A DNA stretch of 64,000 nt from Eledone cirrhosa (Eukaryota): contig OZ024743.1 of NCBI GenBank assembly GCA_964016885.1, forward strand, positions 222,704,001 through 222,768,000, in the 5' to 3' direction. Both the position numbers and the translations under genes were made by a program. Shown piece by piece: positions 26,034 through 38,171 of this stretch; the first letter of the stretch is position 1; each line of letters begins with the position of its first letter. A model generated the notes under the pieces. That model was not told the DNA's origin. It searched no databases and saw nothing but the letters and a program-made list of their open reading frames with translations.

Positions 26034-27189
26034 CCAGGCTTGGAACAGACTTTAACCTATTTTTAACCTTCTGTGACAAGAAACAGTTGGCAAGAATCTT
26101 ATTGTTTTATTCAGCTAAAATGTTCAGCTGCAGTATTGAAAGTAGAAGAGCAAACATGGCTGCCTTCATTGCAAACAGCTAACTGTCAGCCTTCAAGCAA
26201 AGAATACAATGATGTACCTAGACCAGTAGTAGCGATAATGCTACAGAATTAGTTTTTCTAGTGCATTCTATCCTAACTGCATTCTTGAATAAAATACAAT
26301 TTCACATTACTCCTTCTACCAGGAGTTGCAACCAGCAGATAGTATTGGCAATGGAAAGGCCAATAGGAACATGGTTTCCTTGGTCCAATCTGACGATTGA
26401 CTCCTTTTCTTAATTTTATTGAGGTCCCAATAATAATTATATCTAACAATAGCACAAGACAGTAAATTAAAATATCCTCCGTACCTGTTCAGAATTTCAA
26501 GTACTTTGTTTCACAAAAGCACCTACTTTTTATCATTATTTAGGTGCATTACTGGTACTTATTTTATCGATCCCGTAAGGATGAAAGGCAAAGTTAACCT
26601 CGGCGGGATTTGAACTCAGAATGGCAAGGGCCATAACTCTATACGCCATGCTTTGACACATAGAGTTACGGCCCTTGCCATTCTGAGTTCAAATCCCACC
26701 GAGGTTAACTTTGCCTTTCATCCTTACGGGGTCGATAAAATAAAGTACCAGTAATGCACTGGATAATTGCTGGCCTTGTGCCAAACGTAGAAACTATTAT
26801 TTAGTATAAGATTGTTCCACCAATTGTTAGTGTTAAATCTGTGTGTGGGATCTATATATACCACTCTCTGATCATGGATTAGTCCACCATGTGATCCCAG
26901 CGGATATAGTGTTTAATGTGTGTATATGTGAGAGCTGTATGAGTTTACAGTGTGTGTGGCCTGTATTTACCACTCACTGTTTAAAGGTCAGTCCACCTCA
27001 TGGACAGGATGGAGAAGACATTGCCCCGAAGGATGTGAAGGGAGATGCAGTAGAACAGCCACTCCGCCTCACAGGGCTCACACGTGCAGGTAGTCAACTC
27101 TGCTCCGATACCAGTGAAACATATGCACACACTATTGGCTATCAAGTCTGAATGTTTCTCTCTTTCGAATATTGTATAAGTCTGAAGTA

Positions 27190-27445
27190 TGTCTGGAACC
27201 CGGCAGCTCATCAGGCCGGTGCTGATCTCAGTTTCCATGGCGTTAATTGACTCCCCCCTAGACAGGATGCCAGTCCATTGCAGAGTTAAACCTCCAGCTA
27301 TTGCTGGTACTCATTTTCAGCTCAGTATACAGGAGCAACATGAAATGAAGTGTTTTGCTCAAGAACACAACACATAACCCAGTCCAGGAATCGCAGAATT
27401 ATGATCGTAAATCCAACATCCTTACTACTAAACCATGCACCTCCA
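27190..27445 (-). mobile_element. tRNA-derived SINE family 3
   Basis: tRNA-like head, TTCTTGAGCAAAACACTTC core, CTGCAATGGACTGGCATCCTGTC and GGAAACTGAG...GCCTGATGAGC 3' part; homologous to 24757-26055. Confidence 0.7.
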
Positions 27446-28988
27446 CTACTGTATAAAAGGCAAAAGATTTATACACTTGAGCTGAGGAGAAACCAGATGT
27501 ATGGAGGGGAGTAACTGTGTTAGGGAGTTCATAGAAATATTACTTTAAATAAAAGGGGTTATTGGTAATGAAAAGTTTGAGAAGCACTGCTCTAATACTT
27601 GACATACAGAAGGTTGAATACCACAGTAGAATGATCAAAATAAAACCAGAGCCTTTCAAAGTTGCAATAACCATTTTTAAGAGATGAACAAGATGTCAAA
27701 CAACTGATTATTAACCAGTACTTATCAATCCCAGAAAAATATAAAACAGTAACAATAATAATTGTTTCTACTTTTGGCACAAGGCCAGCAATTTTACCCA
27801 GTACATTACTGGTACTTTATTTTATCGACCCCGTAAGGATGAAAGGCCAAGTTAACCTTGGCGCGATTTGAACTCAGTAACAATAATAATGTTTTCTAGT
27901 TTAGGCACAGGGTCAGTAATTTGAGGGGAAAGGAAAATTCGATTATAAGGATCGCCCAGTAATTTGAGAGGAAAGGAAAAATCGATTATAAGAATCCCCA
28001 GTACTTGACTGGTACTTTAGTTTATTGATCCCAGAAATATGAAAAGCATAGTAGACCTCGGTGGGATTTGAATGTAAACAGATGGAACAAATAATGTAAG
28101 GCATTTTTTCCGATTCTGTAATGATTCTACCAATCAACACAATAATAATAGTTTCTAATTTAGGTACAAAGCCAGCAATTTAGGGAAAAGGGATAAAATA
28201 TGGTAAAGTTTTACAATTATACCCATCTCGCGTTGGTTGTGAAAATTGTTTTTTCTGTGGCTTTTAGTGTGTTTTGGACGAATCTATGCTTGAAAACCGC
28301 CAGAAATAATTGGTTTTTCTTTTTTTTTCTGTTAGTTGGGTTGGAAGGGCACCTCCCGGGATTCTCATGTTTGGAGGTAAATATTACGCCTGTGTTACTA
28401 TGAAGGTAACATTTTTATATTTTTCCGAGTACTTTTGATGTGTTTTAAACGAATATGGCCTTCAAAGCTTCCGGAAATTATTCGTTTTTTTACTTAAATT
28501 TACAGAAAATCGATTACATCGAGTTTGGCACTTGATTGATACTGTATTTTATCACCACCACGTCCAACCCCCAAGGATGAAAAGCAATATTGACACCGGA
28601 ACAAATACCTCGAGATATTTCTAAACAATACAAAACAAACAGAAAAACAAGGAAGCAATCAATGTGTTTATAAGTTATCTACATACTTATTCAGAGCCAG
28701 AAGTTGACCTCAGTGGGATTTGAACACAGAGTGCAGACAGCCAGAAGAAATACCTCGAGGTATTTCTATCTGACAATAATAACAAAACATGGAAAGGGGA
28801 GGAAGGAATTTGTGTCTGTTATATGTTACCTGCATAGTTATTCAGGGCCAAAAGCTGACCTGTGGAATTTGAACACAGAGAAGCAGAGGGCCAAAAGAAA
28901 TACCTCGAGATATTTTTATCTGACAATAAAAACATGACAAAACAAAGAAGGAAGGAAAGAAGAAATCAATGCGTCTATATTAAGTTAC

Positions 28989-29182
28989 CTGCATAGTTTG
29001 TCACGGCCTGCAGTCTTGGAAACAAACTTAATATATTGGTCGGTCACCTCTCTGACGGGGTACATCTGTGCAGGTAAACCGCTGATAAAGTTATTATTGC
29101 TGCTGGTGCTAGTTGGGCGCCGATCAATTACGGCCACTAACTCCACACCACCCATGTATTGATTATTATTAGTGTCTCCCAT
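28989..29182 (-). CDS. PEX11: PEX11 (peroxisomal membrane protein 11 alpha/beta-type) exon 1
   Basis: Translates MGDT...VTDQYIKFVSKTAGRDKLCR, matching the PEX11 N-terminal F...GRDKLxR motif. Ends AG|GTAACT (phase 2). In-frame ATGs at 29182, 29155 and 29065, so the true start is uncertain. Confidence 0.88.
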
Positions 29183-30884
29183 GTCACATATGTGTGTATC
29201 AAACGACCATCACAATCTCCCACTATTTTAAATATTATTTGCTTACTTTACGAACCAACCATGTCAACTAACACAACAAGCCACAGACATTTTACCAATA
29301 TTGCAATTATAAACACACACTGCTCGAAATCTCGTGTTTTCTCGTTTCTTATTTCCTTTTCTTACTCTGCCTCTGCCTCTCTTGTATTTCATACTCTTTC
29401 GTCTTTTTCTTTCAGTCTCCCCTCTCTTTTATTTAATAGTCTCTCTCTATCTCTATCATTCAAAGTGTTTCGTTTCTCTCTTTCTCTCTTTTATTTAATA
29501 ATCTTTCGCTTTCTCAGTCTGTGTACTTTTCTGACAGCCTCCCCCTCACTCCCTCCCTCTCTCTCTCTCATTCTCATACTCTAACTCTCTTCTCCTCACT
29601 ATTTTTCACTTTCACTTTTCCTGCATTATTTTTTTCCTCTCTCCTAATAGAATTATGTTTCTTCCACTAATTCTTTCGCTATCTTTCTATTCTGCTTTAA
29701 GAATTATCATTAGTTGGTAGATTAGGAGTGGCATCTTGACGTTTAGATTCGTTCAAAACACTAAAAACCACAGAAAAACCATTTTCACAACTAACGCGAG
29801 ATGGGTGCAATTGTAAAACTTTACGCGATTTTCTCCCTTGTCCCCAAATTGCTGGCTTTGTACTTTCGGGTCTCGAATAATCGCCCTCCTCCACCACCGC
29901 TTATTAAATTTTGCTAATTTATCTCCGACGAAATTTACAAAGGTGATATCTATCTGTCTTTCACACAGTCTCTCTCACACTCTCTCCCTCTCTTTCTCTC
30001 TCAACATTTCGTATGGGAAAAATAGTTTCGGTTTATGAACATTTCGAGTGACGAACGGCCTTCAGGAACGAATTAAGTTCGTGCACCGACGTTCAATGGT
30101 ATATAATTTCTTGTGGTCATTATTAAATATATTGCTCAACATCTTTGCTTCATAGAAACATTGTAGAATTATCCAACATGGTTTCTGATTTAGGCACAAA
30201 GCCAACAATTTTTTTTGGGGGGGGGGGGGGGGGGGGGTAAATCGATTAAATCGAACCCAGTGTGTGATTTGTGCTTATTTTATCAACCCCGTAAAGATGA
30301 AAGGCAAAGCTAACCTCGGCGGAATTTGAACTCAGAACGTAAAGGGCCGTAATTCTATTCCACCGATTCGCCCAAATGAACTATGTAGTAGAAACTACAG
30401 ACTTATCAATTTTCCCAGTATGGTGAGAGCAAGAAGTGTCAAAAACTAGGTTTGTCAGCTTGCCAAACTGTAAGTTGAAATTTGTGGAGAATGGGACACA
30501 TAACTGGGAGAAAAAGACACACGTTGTAGAACTAGCCTATAGGGGTGCTAAATATCCAGGCACTGGTTCAGCATAGGGGGCCATCTTGTTGCCATTCTAC
30601 TTCCTTGTAGACATCGCTAAGAAATTCACAACTGGTTGCCAATACTAACTTGTGAATGTTGGAGAATCCATTTCAAAAGCAGTAGCATAGCTAGAGGGGA
30701 GCGGTCCGTCTCGGGCGACACTTCTATGGGGGTTACATGTAGGCTATAAGCGTTCTTTTAATGCTACACTATATTATAATTGTACACAGACTAGTTAATA
30801 TATATATATATATAACTTTAAAAGTTATATATATATATAATAATAATTGTTTAAAAGTTATATATATATATATAATAATAATTG

Positions 30885-31196
30885 TTTCCCAGTGAAAAAT
30901 AGTTTAATTAGGAATAAGTATAAATTAGTAATAAGTATTGGTTAGTATTCAGTTTTAGTTTTAAGTTTTTGCCGGTTGCGCATGTTTAATGCTTTTCAAA
31001 AATAATTTTGAGATAGAGCACTCGTGATGTTTGCTCTAATCTTAGAGCAAACATCACGAGTGCTCTATCTCAAAATTATTTTTGAAAAGCATTAAAAATG
31101 CGCAACCGGCAAAAACTTAAAACTAAAACTGAATACTAACCAATACTTATTACTAATTTATACTTATTCCTAATTAAACTATTTTTCACTGGGAAA
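30885..31196. repeat. Near-perfect 312-bp palindrome (155-bp arms, 2-nt loop)
   Basis: Symmetry axis between 31040 and 31041; one mismatch seen (GCATGTTT vs GCATTTTT). Confidence 0.95.
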
Positions 31197-31227
31197 AATT
31201 TGTCAGCATTTTCTTTTCCTTTTCCTA

Positions 31228-31283
<56 letters not shown>

Positions 31284-31285
<2 letters not shown>

Positions 31286-33125
31286 CGATTTAGAGACGTA
31301 TGACATAGATAATAACTGGAATTTCTTACGTGACAACTTGCTGCAGACTACTGATGAAACTTGTGGCTGGAGCAGAGCTCCAACCAGACAGAGAGTGACC
31401 TGGTGGTGGAACAGCACAGTAGATAAGGCCATTAGAGACAAAAGACTAGCATGGAAGGCTTGGAAAAAGGGTGGGAGTAGGGAAGAATATACAGCCGCTA
31501 AGAGAGAAGCTAGACGTCAGGTGTACTTAGCACGCAGGGAGGCTAAGAGTGGGAGGTTTGCCAATGTTCTGCGACGGGAAGATCAGAGGCGTGCGGTGTT
31601 CCACATTGCAAGGCAGTGTGTCAATGCAAATCAGGATGTTGTTGGAGATAAATGTGTCCGGAATGATGCCGGTGTACTTAGTGTCACGAAAGATCAGAAA
31701 AAGGAGGCCTGGAAATGTCATTATGAGAGACTGATGAATGTGGAGAACGAATGGGAGAGAGAGAAATTACCCTTAGTAGATCCGACAGAGGGACCAGCTA
31801 TTGAGATTGACGAATATAGGGTCCAAGAGGCGATTAAGGAAATGAAAAATGGTAAGGCTGGTGGACCATCGGGAATAGTTGCTGAGATGCTGAAGGCATC
31901 AAGGGACGTAGGCACTAAACTGGTTGCAAGCATCATCAATCAGGCTATATATGGTAGTGTCATACCCAAAGACTGGTGCAGCAGTATTCTCATAAATTGC
32001 TACAAAGGTAAAGGGGATGCTCTGGAGAGGAGCAATTATAGGGGTATAAAACTGATGGATCAGGTTATGAAAGTGGCAGAAAGGATATTAGCACAACTAA
32101 TTAGAGAAAGGGTCAAACTAGATGAGATGCAGTTTGGTTTTGTGCCTGAGAAGAGTACAACAGATGCCCTCTTCTTGGTGAGACAATTGTAAGAGAGGTT
32201 CTTAGAGAAAAATAAGCCACAAAACTTACCCTTTGTTGACCTAGAGAAGGCCTTTGATAGGGTACCCCGATCTGTCATCTGGTGGTCCCTAAGGAAACTA
32301 GGTGTTGAGGAATGGCTTGTGAGGACAGTGCAAACTTTGTACAGAGGTACTCCCAGTAAAGTCAGGGTAGGAATGGAGTTTAGTGAGGAATTCCAGATAC
32401 AAGTAGGAGTACATCAAGGTTCGGTCCTCAGCCCGCTCTTGTTCATTATAGTCCTCCAAGCCATAACAGAGGAGTTTAAGACTGGCTGTCCATGGGAACT
32501 TCTCTATGCTGATGATCTGGTTCTTATAGCAGAATCAGTAGAGGAGCTAGAGAATAAATTCTGGCTATGGAAACAGCAGTTGAAAGCAAGAGGACTGAGA
32601 GTGAACCTAGCTAAGACAAAAGTGTTGATGAGTAGAAAAGAGGACAAAACTCTGATTCCGTCAGGGAAATGGCCATATTCGATATGCAGAAAAGGAACTG
32701 GTATGGTAGTGAGACATGGGTAGCAACTGCAGAGGATATGCGATGGCTGGAGAGAAATGAAGCAAGCATGCTCCGTTGGATGTGCAGTGTAAATGTGCGT
32801 GAACGACCCAGCATGAATGTGTTGAGAGAGAAACTGTGTCTGAGAGGGATAGAATGTAGTGTACGGGAGAGGAGACTGGGGTGGTATGGACATGTGATGC
32901 GCATGGAGGGTGACCGATGGGTGAAGAAGTGCCAGTTGAAGGAAGACGTGGTAGAGGTAGACCAAGAAAAAGATGGGCAGAGGTGGTGAGAACAGACCTC
33001 AGATCGTTGAAGCTCACGGTGGAGATGACGAAGGACCGTGACGAGTGGAGAGATGCTGTGCTGAATAAGACCCGTCCCACCCTTGCGAGCAGGGAAGAAC
33101 GGACGTGAAATGATGATGATGATGA
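31284..33125 (+). mobile_element. RTE-clade LINE (second family), 5'-truncated, with stop, frameshifts and an internal deletion
   Basis: TWWWN, NYRGIKLMD, QFGF, GVHQGSVLSP, YADD; deletion near 32698 joins ICRKG to YGSETW; ORF runs into a (GAT)n tail. Confidence 0.95.
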
Positions 33126-33276
33126 TATATATATATATATATAATAATAATACTATTTATAGATATGTATATAGTATAAACAACTATAAACAGGAAGGTC
33201 AGTAATTTCTTAATTACCTTATTACCAGTAAGAGAAATAGCTCAATGTATGAACATCAGTTCTTTTACAGAGCAGT

Positions 33277-33841
33277 TAAATAAATAAATTATACAATTAT
33301 CAAAGTTGTGTTCAAATCATTTAATAGCTGACAATCGTTTCTTCCAAACTCTCGTTTGGAGTCATCGGAGCATTATCAATGTTTGCACATATAGTTACCC
33401 TCCTATTCAACTGAACAATAATATAGATACATATAAATTGATGTTGTGAGCAACAGTTTCGTATTTACAGGGTGGAATGGATGTGACATATATTTTACGA
33501 GAATTGTACAATAATTGTACAAACATTCAAGTTCAAATTCAAATCAAAATTAAAATTAAAATCAAAAGCACGGAGTGGAATACATGCAACAGTTAAAACA
33601 AGGGAATAGTCCAAATATTAAAGAGGCATTGAGGAAGCAGTTTTGAGAATAAAATACGAAACTGTTGCTCACAACATCAATTTATATGTATCTATATTAT
33701 TGTTCAGTTGAATAGGAGGGTAATTATATGTGCAAACATTGATAATGCTCTGATGATTCCAAACGAGAGTTTGGAAGAAACGATTGTCAGCTATTAAATG
33801 ATTTGAACACAACTTTGATAATTGTATAATTTATTTATTTA
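33277..33841. mobile_element. 190-bp inverted repeats (185-bp spacer) with a hammerhead motif in each arm; Penelope-like
   Basis: Arms 33277-33466 and 33652-33841 with about 3 mismatches; abuts (TA)n on the right. Confidence 0.75.
33744..33795 (+). ncRNA. Minimal type I hammerhead ribozyme motif (intact core)
   Basis: AATGCT-CTGATGA-TTCCAAAC GAGA GTTTGGAA-GAAA-CGATT-GTC-AGCTATT. 8-bp stem II with a GNRA loop, GUC triplet at 33786-33788, stem I GCT/AGC. Confidence 0.78.
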
Positions 33842-35142
33842 TATATATATAACTTTTACCGTCTAACCTATGCTAGTTTGAAAGATGGACGTTAAACGAT
33901 GATGATGAAGAGTTTATATATATATATATATATAAAGAGCAATATGTATTTTTTGTGAGGGGCCAGGGGCAGCAAACTAAAGGGTTGCCCCAAGGTGGCA
34001 CACACTCTAGCTACATCACTGTACAAAAGAATAGAAAATAGGTTAGAAACACGGAAAATTTAGTTTGAGTGAAACAGCCAAGACACAGCTACTAAGTAAT
34101 CATAAAATAACAAACTAAAGGTATATTTACAGTATCTTGTACTATTTTAATCAAAAAGGTTAGCAGATATGGTGGAGTAGATAACAACAAAACAGTTCCA
34201 GAATAAAACCATATACTGTTCAGATAACCTACATGGAACAGTAGGTAAACATATGAAACCTATTGCCAACAAGTATTTTTCTTGTATAAAAGGGAGATTA
34301 TCTCTTAATGTTTCTACCTTATAAAACCACATTAGCAAAACATTCTTGAAAAGTATGAAACAACACTATAATTGCATCATATTAAAAATTAAATGTCTTT
34401 ACTCTAATACTGCAAACTTTTACTAGTAAAGACACTATAAATATTTGAATTAACAAACCTGTATTTTCTGCTAAATTATAAGAGGATGTTAAGAGCTGTA
34501 TGAGGCATAATATAATATAATGGTGTATCCCAGTGGGACAGTGACAAATAATCGTTTCTACTTTAGGCACAAGGCCAGCAATTACTCAGTGCATTACTGG
34601 TACTTTATTTTATCGACCCCGTAAGGATGAAAGGCAAAGTCAACCTCGGCGGGATTTGAACTCAGATTGTAAAGGGACATAACTATGCTGGAAAGCATGG
34701 CGTCCGACCCTCTACCGATACTGCCAATCCACTGCCCTGGGACAGTAACAAATAATGAAGAGTATTTGCAGCTATTGGGTAAAAAAAAACATTTTCTGTT
34801 ATATTGATCCTCCTCTTCCTCCTGGTCACCCTCATCACCACCATAATAACAATAATAATCATCCTCATCATCACTGCTTTTCATCTGTTTATCACGTTGG
34901 CATCATCATCATCGTTTAACATCCATCTTCCACGCTAGCAGGGGTAGGACAGGCTGTCCCTTTGTGAAAGATCAGGCTGGGGACCGTGATTTGCTCACAC
35001 ATAACTGATTTTGGCTTTGATCTCTCAATTTGGAGAAGCAGCAGCTCTACCTGGAGTGACACTCTGATCTCTGAGCTACGCACTCTAATGAATAACATTA
35101 CTCCAAATACCCTTTGAATTGAAAACTTTTAATCTGTGCTTA

Positions 35143-35183
<41 letters not shown>

Positions 35184-35260
35184 ATGTGTTACATAATAAA
35201 CAATGCAATATAATCATATTGTGTTGTTTATTATGTAATTAAATAAAATATATATATATA

Positions 35261-35418
35261 TATATTTAATATAGAAATGGCTTCTACAGGACTAGAAGTG
35301 TTTCATTTGGAGGAAATTATCATCTGTAGAAGCCATTTCTATATTAAATATTTATACTCTGCTGTGTATTGAGTACCTTACTTACTGTGGTTACCCCAGA
35401 TTTAACCTGGGATAAACA
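35261..35418 (+). mobile_element. Degenerate copy of the same hammerhead-bearing family
   Basis: About 28-bp inverted arms around a decayed core (minus strand ATGATAA...GAAACACTTCTAGTC), followed by the family tail GTATTGAGTACCTTACTTACTGTGGTTACC; in (TA)n. Confidence 0.55.
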
Positions 35419-35428
35419 TATATATATA

Positions 35429-36288
35429 CAGGGTGCAGACGATATTTGTTCGCAAGATTACTGTCTAGGAAAAAATAACAGTAGTTTTAATTTTTAAGAT
35501 ATATTTATCAAACTTGGGTCAGTTTGTCTTCATGACTTGTTCTTTCGATCTCACTCGATAAACCCGCCATTGGCTTTGATGATGGCCTCAAGGCGGCCTC
35601 GGAACCGGCTACAGGCCTTCGTCACTGTCACCCGACTTAGGCCCCTAAAGGTACCTGTGATCCTGGCCTTCAGATCGTCTTTCGTATTACAGCTAGATCT
35701 GTTGGTATCTTGTTCCACTGCACCCCACACAAAGAAGTCGAGGGGGTTGCAGTCAGGCAAGCTGGAAGGCCAGATGTCAGGTGAAGTGTGGTCAACAAAG
35801 TTCTCTGACAGCCAGGCTTGGGTCTTTCGGCTGGTATGGCAGGGCGCTGAGTCTTGCTGCCACACGTACAGCCTACCTGCTCAATCCAGGGCTTTACTAC
35901 TGCACTCAGAAGGCAGATATAGCCATCGGTGTTCAGCTTGAGGCCCTCAGGGAAGAAGTGAGGGGGCATGACGACACCTAAGACCAATGTTGTCGCTGGA
36001 AACTGTCTGCATGACTCTGGGCACGTCTTTGGATGAGACAGCGAGCCACCTGTTGTTTTGGGAGTTTCTGAAATTTCTTTATTTGTCCTCCCGGCACGGA
36101 TTCCAAGAAGAACTCCATGTCTCTTCCACAAATTTGGAGGTTCAAAATTATTCATAATCAATTATTCTGAAAATAAATAATGGAAATATGGTCCCTGTTT
36201 TTATGAAGACAAGAGTGACAACGGAAGTAAAAAAAATTTGCATAAAATTAACAGTTGAAAATTGCAAACAAATATCGTCCACAACCTG
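35429..36288 (-). mobile_element. Internally deleted Tc1/mariner transposon, DD37D (maT) type
   Basis: TIRs CAGGGTGCAGACGATATTTGTTCGCAA / TTGCAAACAAATATCGTCCACAACCTG with TA flanks. Transposase remnant QQDSAPCH...WPSSLPDCNPLDFFVWG has 37 residues between the last two Asp. Confidence 0.9.
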
Positions 36289-38171
36289 TATACACACACA
36301 CACACACACACTCTATAAGTTGTTCAGACATTTTTTTTATTACTGAAGGTAATTTCTAAACCAGATTTATCTGAAGTACCTTGTCTAATCTCTGTTAAGT
36401 TACATGGCTTAGTGGTTAGGATGCTGGGTTCATGATTGTAAGATTAGGAGATTGATTCTCTGACCAGGTGATGCGTTGTGTCCTTGAGCAAGACACTTTA
36501 TTTCATTTTGCTTCAGTCCACTCAGCTGGAAAAATAATGAATTGCTATGACACTGGTTACAAGCTGTCTTAACTTTTACCTTTCCTATGGACAACATCAC
36601 TGGCATGGAGAAGAGAGTCTGATATGCATGGGTGATGGCTGATATTCCACAAACCACTCTACTCAGGCTTGTGCCTTGGAAAGGCAAACCCATGGTCAGT
36701 ATAGGCTGACGGGGAGCCCTTTCTTTGTCTGATTTCTAATCCAGTTTCATCAGAATTAATTTGTTCATTTTCAAAGCCTGTATTGTCTGAATAACCTAGA
36801 CTATCATTGAACAGATGACAGTCTAATGCATGCTAAAGTTCTACTGTAATTTGGATACTAAAGCTGTAAATACACTGCCTGAAATAAAGACATGATGATA
36901 CCCGTCATCATAGGTTTGCTTGTTCACAAAGCTCACCTGAACAACAACGACAACGACAACGACGACGTGATAGAATGATAAACAAGTAACAAGTAAAAAT
37001 ATGAAGCAGTTTATTGATAATAAAGTGCCAATGGATAAAGATATGCAATATATATATATATATATGCCATGCATTACATATAAATGTAAAATAACAGGCA
37101 TAAAAAAAAGCAAGGGTGAGAGAGGGGGAGACATTTTTCTTGAATGGTCATGAAATAATGGTTTGTAATTTAGGCACAAGGCCAGCAATTTTGGGGGAAA
37201 GAGGAAAGTCTATTATATCACCTCCTTCCCTCAGTATTTAACTGGTACTTTATTTTTAGAGACCCTGGAAGGATGAAAGGCAAAGTCGACCTCTGCAGGG
37301 TTTAAAACTAGAATGTAAAGACTCAGAACAAATATCATGAAGTATCTTGCCCTAGGCTCTACTGATTCTGCCATCTCACCACTCTTTGTGGCCATAAAAT
37401 AGCAAGTAAGCTACTAATAGAAAAAAAAGAAAGACAAAAAACGAAGTATCTTGATCAGATCCAATAATTCAAATCAAGTCCATTTTTGGTATGGTGGTAA
37501 AAGAATTGGTTAAAATATAGCCTTGCTATAGGAACTTCCATCATAGTCAATGTCTTTCAGAGTATTTCAACTTAGTACTGCATGCTAACAATACATTGTT
37601 TAGGTAGGATTAATAATACAGTGCTCACACTTCTTACAGCAGTGAAAGGATTTAACCCTTTTGATATTAACCAGGCTGAAACTTGCCTTGGTTTTATGAT
37701 ACAGAATTGTCCCCATTTTAAAATGTTCACACTTATATTAAATTATAATTTTATATAAAAAATGTTTCATTGAGTAATGTTCCAAACATCAGCTTACTAA
37801 TGAAAAAGTTGGTTATTTTATTAAATTTCTCTAAATTATTTTTATTTTTTTCAAAATTACTTGAAGCACATGTATTTCATTTAAAATTCAATGGCAAAGG
37901 GGTGAACATATTCTGCTTACAGCAAGATGGACACTACCAGAGTGTACAGCATCAAGTAACAGGATAGTAACAATTTAACTCTTTCAATTGTGGTACTTGG
38001 ACATTCTGTGGACATAATTATATTGAATAAGGAAAGATTATTAATAAAAAAAATGTTATCAAAATTCAATGTTTTTGTATAATCATATACAAGAAGACAA
38101 GGTATCTAACACTCACACAGACAGCATTCAGATCATAGTGGCCCACAAATGAGAAAATAACTCCATGTTAA

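Larger units (their letters stand above)
30680..34021. mobile_element. hAT-type non-autonomous element containing nested insertions
   Basis: TIRs CAGTAGCATAGCTAGAG / CTCTAGCTACATCACTG (13/17); 8-bp flanks TTCAAAAG / TACAAAAG (7/8 TSD). Confidence 0.7.
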
